Counted from the first letter of the stretch, positions 1-10,040 are shown. The stretch is 64,000 bases of DNA from Candidatus Parvarchaeota archaeon (GCA_030615175.1 JAUWZX010000001.1:199840-263839); one strand, 5' to 3'. Numbers and translations are program-made. The notes: generated from the sequence alone by a model not told the origin.

Positions 1-328
1 TCACTCCATTCCTTAAACTTATTTTAAAACCATTATAATCAGCAGGCAAGTGGCTTCCAGTAACGTAAACACCAAAATCATAATTCTTAAAAACCTTATA
101 ATAACACACAGGCACTGGAACTAAGCCAATATTAATGACTTTAATGCCAGAAGTACGCAATCCCTCAATCAAGTGCTCAGTTAATTCAGGAGAAGTCTTG
201 CGCGAATCATAACCAACAACGCAAGTCCCGGTTAATACAGAACCTAAAGCCTTGCCTACAAGGAATGAGTCATGAGTGCTTATATCTCTCCCTCTGATGT
301 CATAAGCTAAAAAAATATTATCCTTCAT
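1..328 (-). CDS. Phosphohexomutase (phosphoglucomutase/phosphomannomutase/GlmM family), N-terminal ~109 aa only; gene continues past the window edge
   Basis: Minus-strand translation from ATG at 328-326 gives MKDNIFLAYDIRG...GVYVTGSHLPADYNGFKISLRNGV with no stop before position 1. TGSH(L)P..NGFK resembles the phosphoserine active-site loop T(A/G)SHNPxxxNG.K of alpha-D-phosphohexomutases, with L in place of N. Start abuts the stop of the upstream gene. Confidence 0.6.
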   Translation of the reverse strand, partial: MKDNIFLAYDIRGRDISTHDSFLVGKALGSVLTGTCVVGYDSRKTSPELTEHLIEGLRTSGIKVINIGLVPVPVCYYKVFKNYDFGVYVTGSHLPADYNGFKISLRNGV

Positions 329-1503
329 TATAACCAGTACATGCTCTTTTTTAATTTTGAACTGTCAAACTCGGTTGGCAGTATATCACCATCAATTATC
401 CCTGAAGTTGCAAGCAAAGGCCAGACTCGCGAGTGCTTGAATAAGTGAGACCTGTCCTTAATAACTGACTTAAAACCAATAATTGAATAATCATCAATCA
501 CTACATTATCATTAATCCATGCATGCCCGTCAACCATGCTGTTATGCACTCTGGAATTATCACCAATCCTTACATCTTCAAAAATGACTGAGCCAACAAT
601 AACGCTGTTATCACCTACCTGCGTGTCATGCATTAAGTGAGTGCACGGACCAATTATTGAATTCCTGCCAATAACACATCCATTCTCAATAATCACTGGA
701 GGATTAATCACGGCATCAGGAGATATTTTTGCAGAATCATCAATGAAATTACAGTTAATAACCCTCATTGCCTTCCTGTTAGTGTCAATATAGGATTTTG
801 GTTTTCCAATATCACCCCACAAGCCGTTGAATTTATAACCATTAATCTTCTCAGTCTTTGAAAAATACTCCCACAACCTTCCTATTTTATCAAGGTTGCC
901 GATATTCTTTAAATAATTATTAAAAGGCCCGCTAAAGAAGCCTTTACTAATCTTATAAACAAGCGTGCTTGCAAGCTTAGACTTCGCCTCCTCCAGGCGA
1001 GGCTTCTCCTGAAAACCAGAAAGTTCACTGCCCTTTAAAACAGCAATACCATAATTCTCAACCAAGAATTTATTAGGCAACTCAAATAATGCAATGCTTG
1101 CAATGCCGCCGCAGGAATCATGAAATCCTGAGAAATCCTTAATTGACAGTCCTGAAAAGAAATTATCAGCTCCAATAATCAAGTAATCATCATCGCCAAG
1201 CAAATCATAAACATGCTTTAACGCGCCTATTGAGCCAAGCTTGTTAGACTGGTCAGTTGATTCTTCAAGAATTACTTTAATAAACTCATCACTGCCTAAG
1301 AACCCTCTGACTTTTGATTGATTAATATTAATGCTAAGGTACGCCTTATCAATACCGGCTTTTTTAATTGCTTCAATAATCCAAGTAATGTTTGGCTTGC
1401 CAGCAATAGGTAATAATAATTTAGGCGTTCTAAGCGTTAACGGATGCAGTCTCGTTCCATAACCACCACCAATAATCACGGTCTTCAAGTAATGCCCCTC
1501 CAC
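328..1503 (-). CDS. Bifunctional-type sugar-1-phosphate nucleotidyltransferase with C-terminal left-handed beta-helix (GlmU / ST0452-like: GlcNAc-1-P uridylyltransferase plus acetyltransferase domain)
   Basis: N-terminal GGGYGTRLHPLT nucleotidyltransferase signature. C-terminal hexapeptide repeats (IGDNSVIVGSVI, VRIGDNSRVHNSMV, AWINDNVVIDDYSII) typical of LbH acyltransferases. Total 391 aa, matching archaeal GlmU-like enzymes. Confidence 0.7.
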   Translation of the reverse strand: MEGHYLKTVIIGGGYGTRLHPLTLRTPKLLLPIAGKPNITWIIEAIKKAGIDKAYLSININQSKVRGFLGSDEFIKVILEESTDQSNKLGSIGALKHVYDLLGDDDYLIIGADNFFSGLSIKDFSGFHDSCGGIASIALFELPNKFLVENYGIAVLKGSELSGFQEKPRLEEAKSKLASTLVYKISKGFFSGPFNNYLKNIGNLDKIGRLWEYFSKTEKINGYKFNGLWGDIGKPKSYIDTNRKAMRVINCNFIDDSAKISPDAVINPPVIIENGCVIGRNSIIGPCTHLMHDTQVGDNSVIVGSVIFEDVRIGDNSRVHNSMVDGHAWINDNVVIDDYSIIGFKSVIKDRSHLFKHSRVWPLLATSGIIDGDILPTEFDSSKLKKSMYWL

Positions 1504-2318
1504 TCCTTAATTGCCTTCTCATACCGCTCCGTATTATCAGTTGGGAACCACTGCCCTTCGAAAGGATAGCCTAAGAGTTTATTCTTTTCAAGAATTTTCG
1601 GGAACACTTCTAATTCAATCATTGAATAACCTTTAGGCACCAAATCAATTACTTCAGGTTCTAATACGTAAACACCGGCATTAATTAACTTGCTTGGAGG
1701 AATCTTGGGTTTTTCTATAAATGCCTTAATCCTTGATCCTTTAAGAACTGCAACCCCATAACTAGTAGGATTATCCACTGTTGTTAATGCAATAGTTACT
1801 AATCCGCCGCCATCCCTGTGGAACTCGTAAAGAGAGTTAATATCAATGTTAACCAGGTTATCGCCATTAAACATTAAGAACGGTTCATCAAGCAATGGCT
1901 TGGCAATCCTTAAAGCTCCTGCAGTGCCCATTTCTTCATCTTCTTCAATATAAGTAATTTTAACTCCAAACTTGCTGCCATCACCAAAGTATTCCTTGAT
2001 TTTATGACCTAAGTAACCAATACTGATTATGACTTCGCGAACATCATACTTCCTTAATAATTCAATAGTGTGCTCAAGTATTGGTCTCCCCTTGATTGGA
2101 ACCATTGGCTTTGGAATCTCATAAGTAATTGGTCTTAAACGCGTGCCCTTGCCTCCAGCAAGTATGTACGCTTTTTTCAATCTCTTCTGATTCAATGCTT
2201 TGCGCAGCATGAATTCAACAGCATGACTCCTGTTCCGGATTCTTAACCCGTCAACAAGTTTGTCAAGACTTAAAATTAAGTCCCTGTCAAGAGTGACTGT
2301 AACCCTTTCCTTATTCAT
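1485..2318 (-). CDS. Sugar-1-phosphate nucleotidyltransferase (RmlA/ManC-like fold) with an N-terminal ribbon-helix-helix (CopG/MetJ-like) domain
   Basis: Residues ~4-44 (ERVTVTLDRDLILSLDKLVDGLRIRNRSHAVEFMLRKAL) fit a beta-strand / helix / N-R-S turn / helix RHH pattern. Followed by an AGGKGTRLRP.T nucleotidyltransferase core with FNGD and EKP motifs. Confidence 0.7.
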   Translation of the reverse strand: MNKERVTVTLDRDLILSLDKLVDGLRIRNRSHAVEFMLRKALNQKRLKKAYILAGGKGTRLRPITYEIPKPMVPIKGRPILEHTIELLRKYDVREVIISIGYLGHKIKEYFGDGSKFGVKITYIEEDEEMGTAGALRIAKPLLDEPFLMFNGDNLVNIDINSLYEFHRDGGGLVTIALTTVDNPTSYGVAVLKGSRIKAFIEKPKIPPSKLINAGVYVLEPEVIDLVPKGYSMIELEVFPKILEKNKLLGYPFEGQWFPTDNTERYEKAIKEWRGIT

Positions 2319-2458
2319 ACAAAGTATGAGGATTTTATATATTTAAATATTTTTTGTACTTCATTATAGTAGTAATGTTTTTTGGAAAACCCTCTTCTAA
2401 GCAAACGAGATAATAAACTCTTTTAAATAAGTAATAAATAACTTTAATTAGATTTATT
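2319..2458. promoter_or_regulatory. Divergent promoter region between the nucleotide-sugar operon (minus) and the glycosyltransferase operon (plus); AT-rich with TATA-like boxes
   Basis: 140-bp non-coding gap containing TTTATATATTTAAATA (2334-2351) ~20-35 bp upstream of the minus-strand start, plus further A/T tracts before the ATG at 2459. No ORF. Confidence 0.35.
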
Positions 2459-3523
2459 ATGAGAGTTGCAATGGTTTCAAGAACTTACTGGCCCAGCACT
2501 AGAGGTGGTGCAGAGAAATACTTTTATGAAGTTAAAAAAAAAATAAATCATCCAGTTACTGTTTATACATGGGATAAAGTAAAGGGAAAAGACATTGTCC
2601 AAGTGGAGATTCCTAAAGTAAAGATAATTGGTTCAATGATTTTTAGTTTAAAAACAAGTTGCTTAATAAGAAAGAAAGAACATGATTTAATTCATGTGAA
2701 TCAATTCTGGAGCGAATACCTCTCATTTCTAACTAAAAAAAAATTAGTTTCCTCAATACATGACTTGCCTTCTAAGAATGATTTCCTTCACAGGATGATT
2801 ATGATTCATAGTGCTAAGAAATCAGAAGCTGTTTTCTGTCTTTCAGAAGCAGTTAAAAAAGAATTAATTAGTGAAGGCGTAAACATTAAGAAATTATTTT
2901 ACGCTCCCCCAGGGATAAGCATTACGAAAGTGAAACTTAATAAGAGGAAGTACTCAAAGGGTGAGAAAATATTCACTCATGTTAGTAGGATAGCACCTAA
3001 TAAGGATTTAATTACTATAATAAGAGCTTTAAAATTATTAAAAAAAGATTATGACTTTAAATTTTATGTAATAGGACAAAAGATGAGTTGGACTGATTAT
3101 TATAAAAGAATAGTACAAGAAATTAAAGCCAATGATTTAGAAGATAATGTAAAAATACTAGGCAAAGTTGATGAAAAAACAAAAAATGAATTAGTAAGGT
3201 CTTCTGATGCTTACTTGCATGCAAGCAGATATGGAGAGGGCTTTGGCATGCCAATAGTTGAAGCACAAAGAATGGGTATACCAGTAATAACAAGCAACTT
3301 ATTTGAAAAATTAGGAACAGTTAAGAGCAATCATACAGGATTAATATTTAAGGCAGGCGATGAGAAGGAATTAAAACAGAAAATAAAGAAATTATTAAGT
3401 GATAGTAGACTGCGAAGGAAGTTAATAAGTAATGCTAAGAAAATATCAAAAACGTATGATTGGAATAAGACTTCAAAAATAATACAAGAAGTTTATGAAA
3501 AAGTTTATAGGGGTAAATTATGA
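2459..3523 (+). CDS. Glycosyltransferase family 4 (GT-B, retaining)
   Basis: C-terminal EGFGMPIVEAQRMGIPVITSN (E-x7-E GT4 signature). Confidence 0.75.
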   Translation: MRVAMVSRTYWPSTRGGAEKYFYEVKKKINHPVTVYTWDKVKGKDIVQVEIPKVKIIGSMIFSLKTSCLIRKKEHDLIHVNQFWSEYLSFLTKKKLVSSIHDLPSKNDFLHRMIMIHSAKKSEAVFCLSEAVKKELISEGVNIKKLFYAPPGISITKVKLNKRKYSKGEKIFTHVSRIAPNKDLITIIRALKLLKKDYDFKFYVIGQKMSWTDYYKRIVQEIKANDLEDNVKILGKVDEKTKNELVRSSDAYLHASRYGEGFGMPIVEAQRMGIPVITSNLFEKLGTVKSNHTGLIFKAGDEKELKQKIKKLLSDSRLRRKLISNAKKISKTYDWNKTSKIIQEVYEKVYRGKL

Positions 3524-4170
3524 GTAAATTATATTACATAAAAAGAAAATTATGTTATTATTATTTTAAGATTTTTAAATCGACAAGGACATTTACATTC
3601 AAAAAAGAAAAATACAACTATTTTTATCATATGTACACTTCGACCTGGAGTAATGAAAGAGCTATAGAAATCCCTATTATTAAGAAAATAATTGAAAGGC
3701 ATAATTACAAGAAAATACTTGAAGTAGGTAATGTTCTTTCAAACTATTTTAATGTAACTCATGACATTATTGATAAGTATGAAAAAGCTAAAGGCGTAAT
3801 AAACCAAGACGTTGTTGATTTTAAACCACAAAAAAAGTATGATTTAATTATTAGCATCTCAACTTTAGAACATGTAGGTTTTGACGAAAAGCCAAAAGAG
3901 CCTAAAAAAATATTGCGTGCAATTCAGAACTTGAAAAGTTTGCTTAAACCAGGAGGTAAGATAGTCATTACTTTACCTTTAGGTTATAATTCTGAAATGG
4001 ATAAGTTACTTAGAGGAAAAAAACTAGGATTCATTGAACAATATTATTTTAAAAAACTGTCAAGAGATAATAAATGGATTCAAACGGATTGGGAAAATGT
4101 AAAAAATTTAAAGTATAATAAACCATTTTTATGTGCTAATGGATTATTTATAGGAATTATTAAAAAGTAG
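3520..4170 (+). CDS. Class I SAM-dependent methyltransferase
   Basis: ILEVGNVL (motif I-like), DLIISISTLEHVGFD, LKPGGKIVITLP. 4-nt overlap with the upstream GT4. Confidence 0.55.
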   Translation: MSKLYYIKRKLCYYYFKIFKSTRTFTFKKEKYNYFYHMYTSTWSNERAIEIPIIKKIIERHNYKKILEVGNVLSNYFNVTHDIIDKYEKAKGVINQDVVDFKPQKKYDLIISISTLEHVGFDEKPKEPKKILRAIQNLKSLLKPGGKIVITLPLGYNSEMDKLLRGKKLGFIEQYYFKKLSRDNKWIQTDWENVKNLKYNKPFLCANGLFIGIIKK

Positions 4171-4241
4171 GGATTATTAAAAAAGTTTTTATTCAGCTAA
4201 AGAAAAGGTTTTTAAGACGAGATTAAATGTTTTTGTATTAA

Positions 4242-5123
4242 ATGAAAATAAGCGTTATAATACCTGCTCATAATGAGGAAGACGAGATTAAGAAATGTAT
4301 TAATTCAGTACTAAAACAGTCTTACAAGGCTTATGAAGTCATAGTTGTTAATGACGCCAGCACTGACAGGACTGAGGGAATTGTTAATGGATTCAAAAGA
4401 GTTAAACTCATTAATCATGAAAAAGCAAGAGGTCCTGCAGGAGCGCGCAATCACGGTGCAAGAATTGCTAAAGGAGACATATTATTCTTCCTTGATGCTG
4501 ACGAGTGGATGCTCAAGAATACTTTAAAAAACACTATTAAATTATTCAAAGAGCATAATCCTGACGGAATCGTAAGCAACAGGAGGGTTACTTTCCCAAA
4601 GAATTGGACAAGGATTTGGGCTTACGAGTTCAGTAGTAACTGGTGCATTTACAAAGGAACATACTTCTCAAAGGACGCTTTAAGTTGCCCTTACATTATT
4701 AAGAAAAAAGTATTCAATAAAGTTGGGGGTTTCCCATCAAATACTTACTATTTTGAGGATTACATATTAATTAAGAAGATTCATGAATTAGGCGTCAAGG
4801 TCTTGTTAACTGATAAAATAACTGTTAAATCTGATATGGGTTCAAGTTTTAAGGACTTCTATAAGAGAGCGAGGAATATTGGTATAGGAGTCGTGAAGTC
4901 CAGTCTTTCAGGAAAGCAGGCAAGGATTTTGTTAATAACTCTTTTTTTAGGCGTTTCATTTTTTTACCCAATTCTTTATGCAGGATTTTACCTTGCTTAT
5001 GGCTTGTTATGGCTTAAAAGGACAAGGGATTTATTAGTAGGGCTTACAGCCCCCCTGTTATTCACTGTTAAGAAATTCATTTCTTGTTATTACTTAATAA
5101 AGGAGATGGTAAGAAAGTATTAA
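4242..5123 (+). CDS. Glycosyltransferase family 2 (GT-A) with C-terminal transmembrane segments
   Basis: ISVIIPAHNEE...VIVVNDASTD...DADEW (DxD). Hydrophobic C-terminus. Confidence 0.75.
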   Translation: MKISVIIPAHNEEDEIKKCINSVLKQSYKAYEVIVVNDASTDRTEGIVNGFKRVKLINHEKARGPAGARNHGARIAKGDILFFLDADEWMLKNTLKNTIKLFKEHNPDGIVSNRRVTFPKNWTRIWAYEFSSNWCIYKGTYFSKDALSCPYIIKKKVFNKVGGFPSNTYYFEDYILIKKIHELGVKVLLTDKITVKSDMGSSFKDFYKRARNIGIGVVKSSLSGKQARILLITLFLGVSFFYPILYAGFYLAYGLLWLKRTRDLLVGLTAPLLFTVKKFISCYYLIKEMVRKY

Positions 5124-6205
5124 AAAACTTTGTTTGCATTAAAATTGTTATGAAAATTGCTCAAGTAATAATTGGTTATCATGAAAGAATTGGCGGTTAC
5201 GGAAGGCATGTTAATTTAATAACAGAGGAATTAAAGCGCAGAGGTCATGATGTAACAATTATCAGCACTAAATTCAGTCCAGGAGAATACAAAAAGGAGA
5301 AGGGGGTTGTAAGATTATGGAACACTCCTTTACTAAAGATTACTCCCTCACTCTTAACTCATCTTTTAAGCAATGATTATGATTTAGTTCACGTCTTCGG
5401 CTACCCTAGTTTCCAGCCTTTCATTACCTGCCTTGCAAAGGAGTTTAAGAAGTTCCCGTTAATCTTCACGCCTCACTACCACCCATTTGGTTACAAGCCG
5501 GCTCCATTAAGAAAATTATTTGACCTGACTTTCGGCAGTTACGCGTTAAAAAAACCTGATTACGTTATTGCAACAACTGATTATGAGAAAAGAATGTTAA
5601 GGCGCAGAGGCGTTAAAAAGATTAGCGTCATACTTAACCCATTAAAGACTGATGAGTTAAGAAAAATTAAAGGTTTTAAGAAAAAGTATGGTATTAAAAA
5701 GGACTTTATTTTATTCGTTGGCAGAATTGAGAAGGATAAGGGGCTTCAGTACTTAATTCCGGCAGTTAAAGGGCTTCCAATAACCCTCGCAGTTGTTGGA
5801 GAGGATCTTGGTTATAAAAGCAAACTGCCAGAGCAGGATAATGTATTATTCACTGGTTCAGTGTCGCAGGATGATTTAATGAGTGCTTACACTGAATGCA
5901 AGTTCCTGGTTCTCCCAAGCAAGTATGAATCCTTTGGCATTGTATTAATCGAAGCAATGCATTATTCTAAGCCAGTGATTGCCACGAGAACCGGACCAGT
6001 CCCTTCCATTGTTAAGGATTCAGGATTACTGGTACATTACAGTGATATTAATTCATTACGCGATTCAATTAAGAAATTATTAAATGATAATAAATTAAGA
6101 CAATTAATGGGCAGGGAAGCGTATAGGGATTCATTAATTTATGATGTTAAAAACGTTGTTGATAAATTATTAATTATTTATAATGAAGTGTTGAAGAAAA
6201 AATGA
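5084..6205 (+). CDS. Glycosyltransferase family 4
   Basis: ESFGIVLIEAMHYSKPVIATRTGP signature. Probable real start at MKIAQVIIGY (~5150) rather than the overlapping 5084. Confidence 0.7.
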   Translation: MLLLNKGDGKKVLKNFVCIKIVMKIAQVIIGYHERIGGYGRHVNLITEELKRRGHDVTIISTKFSPGEYKKEKGVVRLWNTPLLKITPSLLTHLLSNDYDLVHVFGYPSFQPFITCLAKEFKKFPLIFTPHYHPFGYKPAPLRKLFDLTFGSYALKKPDYVIATTDYEKRMLRRRGVKKISVILNPLKTDELRKIKGFKKKYGIKKDFILFVGRIEKDKGLQYLIPAVKGLPITLAVVGEDLGYKSKLPEQDNVLFTGSVSQDDLMSAYTECKFLVLPSKYESFGIVLIEAMHYSKPVIATRTGPVPSIVKDSGLLVHYSDINSLRDSIKKLLNDNKLRQLMGREAYRDSLIYDVKNVVDKLLIIYNEVLKKK

Positions 6206-6242
6206 TTTTAATATATTTTGCAGGGGGTTTCTCAAGGGGGGC

Positions 6243-7700
6243 TTGCTCCCCGAGAGTGTTAAAGAAATGAGCAGTGCAAGGCAATTAAGTAAAAATGCGG
6301 GGGTAATAACTATTGGAAGAGGTATAGCTTACTTTATTAACTTCATTACAATAATACTTCTGGCAAGGGCTTTGAAACCACATGATTATGGTGTTTTCTC
6401 ACTTGGGATTTCAATAATAATGTTATTGCACGGGATTAATAATTTAGGCATTGAAACAGCGCTTCCATACTTCATCCCAAGACTCTTAGCGCAGAAGAAG
6501 AAAGGCAGGGCTTTATGGGTTTATAACAGGATATTAAAGATAAGGATTGCAACATCAGCTATTTTTGGAGTGGCATTATTCTTATCATCCAGTTTCATTG
6601 CATCCATTTATAATATCCCTTTATTAGAACCGCTTTTGCAGGTATTGTCATTAGGATTTACTTGTTATTCAATACTTTACTTATTCCAGAGTGTTTTCCA
6701 GGCATTTAAGAAAATAACTTACATGATGTCCCCTGACATGATTCTTGCAGCAGCAAAATTAATAATGCTTCTGCTGACAATCTCATTAGGATTAATAATT
6801 ATAACTATTGGTTATGTGGTTGCAATAATAATTACTTTAATTATGGTGCTCTTAATTGTTTACAAAAAAGTTCTGCCAAGAGTTAAGCCGGAAAAGATTA
6901 ACTTCACTAAAGTCAAGAAGTACGCGTTAACAGTTTACGTAAGTATTCTGGCATGGCATGTTGCAACATATATTGGAAGCATGATAATAGGAATATACCC
7001 TGAGCATAATGCTTACCTGAATCTTGCTCAGAGGTTGGGGATGTTCTTAACTCTTCCTGCAGTGTCGATTGGCATGAGTTTGTTCCCTGAGTTAAGCAGT
7101 AAATTAAATAAAGAGAATATGAAGAAGTTATTCCGTAAGGTAACTCGTTATACAGTAATTATTTCAAGCATAATGTCTTTTTACGTTCTTGCAACTGCAA
7201 ATCAATTAATTAATTTATTCTTCAGCAGCGAGTACGCTGGAGGAGTGTTAACTCTTCAAATAATGATGATTAGTCTTTACTTGCAGGGGGCTTTCATGAC
7301 TCTTTCAACTCTTTTCATGGGTTCTGGCAGGCCGAGAAAATACACGATAGCGGTTATTATTCAAGCAGTCATCAGCACTGCACTTACTATCATTCTAATC
7401 CAGTATAAGTCAATTGGTGCTGCGCTGGCAATTACTGTAGCAACCTTTGCTTATGGATTATACTTGTCAGTTAATACTGGTTACCCGATTAAGACTTTTA
7501 TTAAAGCATTAATAATAGGGCTTTTAAGCTCTTCAGTAGCCTTTATTGGCTTTGAGCTAGGCATTATTAACTTAATTGTTGTGTCATTAATGTATTTTCT
7601 AATCTTTTTCAGTCTTGGGTTTGCGTTAAAATTAATAAGAAAGTATGATATATTAATAGTGATTAAGGCTTTAAGACACTGCCTAAGGAGGTTTTATTAA
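6243..7700 (+). CDS. Polysaccharide/oligosaccharide flippase (Wzx-like, MOP superfamily), ~12-14 TM
   Basis: 485-aa polytopic membrane protein. Polysaccharide-biosynthesis-protein-like N-terminal region (ITIGRGIAYFINFITIILLARAL) in a glycosyltransferase operon. Confidence 0.55.
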   Translation: MLPESVKEMSSARQLSKNAGVITIGRGIAYFINFITIILLARALKPHDYGVFSLGISIIMLLHGINNLGIETALPYFIPRLLAQKKKGRALWVYNRILKIRIATSAIFGVALFLSSSFIASIYNIPLLEPLLQVLSLGFTCYSILYLFQSVFQAFKKITYMMSPDMILAAAKLIMLLLTISLGLIIITIGYVVAIIITLIMVLLIVYKKVLPRVKPEKINFTKVKKYALTVYVSILAWHVATYIGSMIIGIYPEHNAYLNLAQRLGMFLTLPAVSIGMSLFPELSSKLNKENMKKLFRKVTRYTVIISSIMSFYVLATANQLINLFFSSEYAGGVLTLQIMMISLYLQGAFMTLSTLFMGSGRPRKYTIAVIIQAVISTALTIILIQYKSIGAALAITVATFAYGLYLSVNTGYPIKTFIKALIIGLLSSSVAFIGFELGIINLIVVSLMYFLIFFSLGFALKLIRKYDILIVIKALRHCLRRFY

Positions 7701-8179
7701 TGATTTTAAAACAGCCAAAACAAGTTGTTTTAATAACTGTCTATGATAAAGTTAATGACAGGACTAATATCATAACTATTGGATGGCACTCCCTTATTAG
7801 TTTAAACCCACTTATTTATGGTATTATCATTAAGTCATCGCATTACTCTTATGAATTAATTAGGGAGCAGAAGGAATTATGTATTAACTTTATGTCTTAC
7901 GAGTACAAGAATCAAGCACTTATTTGTGGGACTAAGTCAGGCAGGGTTGTTGATAAATTTAAATTAACTGGTTTAAAATCTTTAAAGTCAGGCATTAGTG
8001 CTGACAGCATTAGCGAGGCTTACTTAATCCTTGAATGCAGGGTTTTAGAAGAGCATGAAATAGGCGATCACGTGTTGATTGCATGCAGTGTGATTAATAC
8101 TGTTAAGAGGGATGTTGATTATAAGCCTTTAATCTGTACTTCCTGGAGTGAATTCACGACTTTAAGTGATGATAAATGA
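7700..8179 (+). CDS. Flavin reductase-like FMN-binding domain protein
   Basis: NIITIGWHS...LECRVLEEHEIGDHVLIACSV matches the flavin reductase-like (split-barrel) pattern (..leC.v...gdH.l..g.V). Confidence 0.6.
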   Translation: MILKQPKQVVLITVYDKVNDRTNIITIGWHSLISLNPLIYGIIIKSSHYSYELIREQKELCINFMSYEYKNQALICGTKSGRVVDKFKLTGLKSLKSGISADSISEAYLILECRVLEEHEIGDHVLIACSVINTVKRDVDYKPLICTSWSEFTTLSDDK

Positions 8180-9039
8180 GTGAAGTAGTTATAAGAGAGG
8201 CGCAAAGGAATAGTAAGGGTATTCATAAATCCTTAAATGATGTTCTTGAAAACCTTGAATTTAATTTTTATAAAAAGAAGTTCATTGCAATAAAGCTTAA
8301 TCTATGCCTGCTTAGGTATCCTGAAACAGCATCAACAACTGACCCTTTATTTTTAGAGCAGTTATTGAAGTTAATTAGGGAACAGAATAGGAGGGCAAGG
8401 ATTTTATTATTAGAGAGTGACGCTACGACAACACTTGCTGACTTATTATTTAATTACTTAGGCTTCAAGAAGCTTGCCAAGAAGTACAAGGCAGAGTGTT
8501 TTAACATTAGCAATGCCAGTTTAGTAAAGAAGAGGATAAGGGGTTTATACTTTAAGGAGGTTATGTATCCGAGGATTCTTAAGAAATGTGATTGCTTGAT
8601 TTCTCATCCTAAATTAAAAACTCACACATTAACATTAATTACTTGTGGAATGAAGAATATGTTCGGCTGCCTTCCAAAGAAGAGAAAGGCTTCCTATCAT
8701 AAAATGATTGATGAAGTGATTGTTGATTGCTGCAGGTTATTTAAGCCTGACCTTACAATAACTGACGGCATCCTTGCAATGACAGGTCGCGGTCCTATTA
8801 ATGGATTCCCAACCTACTTTAATAATATTATTGCAAGCAGGGACGTGCTCGCTAATGACGTTGCCTGCGCTAAGATTCTTGGCTTTAACCCAAGGAAGGT
8901 TAAGCACTTAAGACTGGCGAGGGGAGTTGTTGGTTCTTTTAAGTTTAGAGTAAATGGCAGGTTAATTAAGAAATGTGATTTAGGCGGTTTTGATAAAAGT
9001 TATTATTACCTTAACAAGTTAAGGAAGGTGATTGCGTGA
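8176..9039 (+). CDS. DUF362-family protein
   Basis: CDCLISHPKLKTHTLTLITCGMKNMFGCLP resembles the DUF362 core (K.H...G.T...KN.fG). Confidence 0.45.
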   Translation: MSEVVIREAQRNSKGIHKSLNDVLENLEFNFYKKKFIAIKLNLCLLRYPETASTTDPLFLEQLLKLIREQNRRARILLLESDATTTLADLLFNYLGFKKLAKKYKAECFNISNASLVKKRIRGLYFKEVMYPRILKKCDCLISHPKLKTHTLTLITCGMKNMFGCLPKKRKASYHKMIDEVIVDCCRLFKPDLTITDGILAMTGRGPINGFPTYFNNIIASRDVLANDVACAKILGFNPRKVKHLRLARGVVGSFKFRVNGRLIKKCDLGGFDKSYYYLNKLRKVIA

Positions 9040-10040
9040 AGGTAGGAGTTCTTGGTGTTGGATTAATGGGCAGGACTCATGTAAGGCTTCTCAAAGGATT
9101 TGGATGCGAAGTCATTGCATGTGATAAAGATAATGGTAATTTAGGTAAGGTAAAGAGGTTATACAATGTAAGGACTTTTTCTGATTATGATAAAATGCTT
9201 GATGAGGAACCTGATTTTGTTACCATTGCAACACCTAATAACACCCACTTTAGAAATGCTAAGAAAGCATTAAGCAAGAACATTTCAGTTCTTGTTGAGA
9301 AACCATTAGCGCTTAATTATGATGAGGCCAGAGAGCTTTATAGGGTTAAGGGCAGCAATTCATTATGCGTGATTCATAATTACAGGTTTAAGCCTGCAAT
9401 AATAAGGCTTAAGGACTTCTTGAATGATGGGGTTTTAGGAAAAATATTATTAACTAATATTACAGTGACTCAGCCTGCACCTGTGCTTAATAATAAATGG
9501 CAATCTATTGACAGGGTTAGCGGGGGATTATTTTTTGAATTCATCCACCCTATTGATTTGTTAACAATGATTAATGGCGGGGCGAGGAGGATTGTAATGA
9601 TTAAGAATCATGCTTATAAAAGTTATTCCCACCCGACTTCAATTAATATTTTTATAGAGTTCAGTAATGGAAGCAGAGGCGTTTATAACCATTTAAGTTT
9701 TAGCGGCGGCACTCAATTCACTGTTGACATCTTTGGTTCCGCAGTTAATTATAAGGCTAACATTTGGGGTGATAGGTACAGGCTCGGAGAGTTTAATGTT
9801 GCCCAGGAGTTAAGGGAGGTAACCAAGGATGCTTTAAGGCTTGCAAGGATTGTTTTAAAAAAGAAGTTAAAAGATTATCAATGGATTGGTCATAGAGAAT
9901 TATTTAAGAGTTTTATTAAAGGATTATCAAATGATGAAATGCCTGTTAGCAAGGAAGATGCATTAAACTCAATTAAGTTGGCTGAAGTTTTAAGAAAAGC
10001 ATATAATTCAGAAAAGAATTATTTGCAGGTGAGTGTTTAA
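9036..10040 (+). CDS. Gfo/Idh/MocA-family NAD(P)-dependent oxidoreductase (sugar dehydrogenase-like)
   Basis: MKVGVLGVGLMGRTH Rossmann N-terminus, DFVTIATPNNTHF, EKPLALNYDEA. Confidence 0.75.
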   Translation: MKVGVLGVGLMGRTHVRLLKGFGCEVIACDKDNGNLGKVKRLYNVRTFSDYDKMLDEEPDFVTIATPNNTHFRNAKKALSKNISVLVEKPLALNYDEARELYRVKGSNSLCVIHNYRFKPAIIRLKDFLNDGVLGKILLTNITVTQPAPVLNNKWQSIDRVSGGLFFEFIHPIDLLTMINGGARRIVMIKNHAYKSYSHPTSINIFIEFSNGSRGVYNHLSFSGGTQFTVDIFGSAVNYKANIWGDRYRLGEFNVAQELREVTKDALRLARIVLKKKLKDYQWIGHRELFKSFIKGLSNDEMPVSKEDALNSIKLAEVLRKAYNSEKNYLQVSV

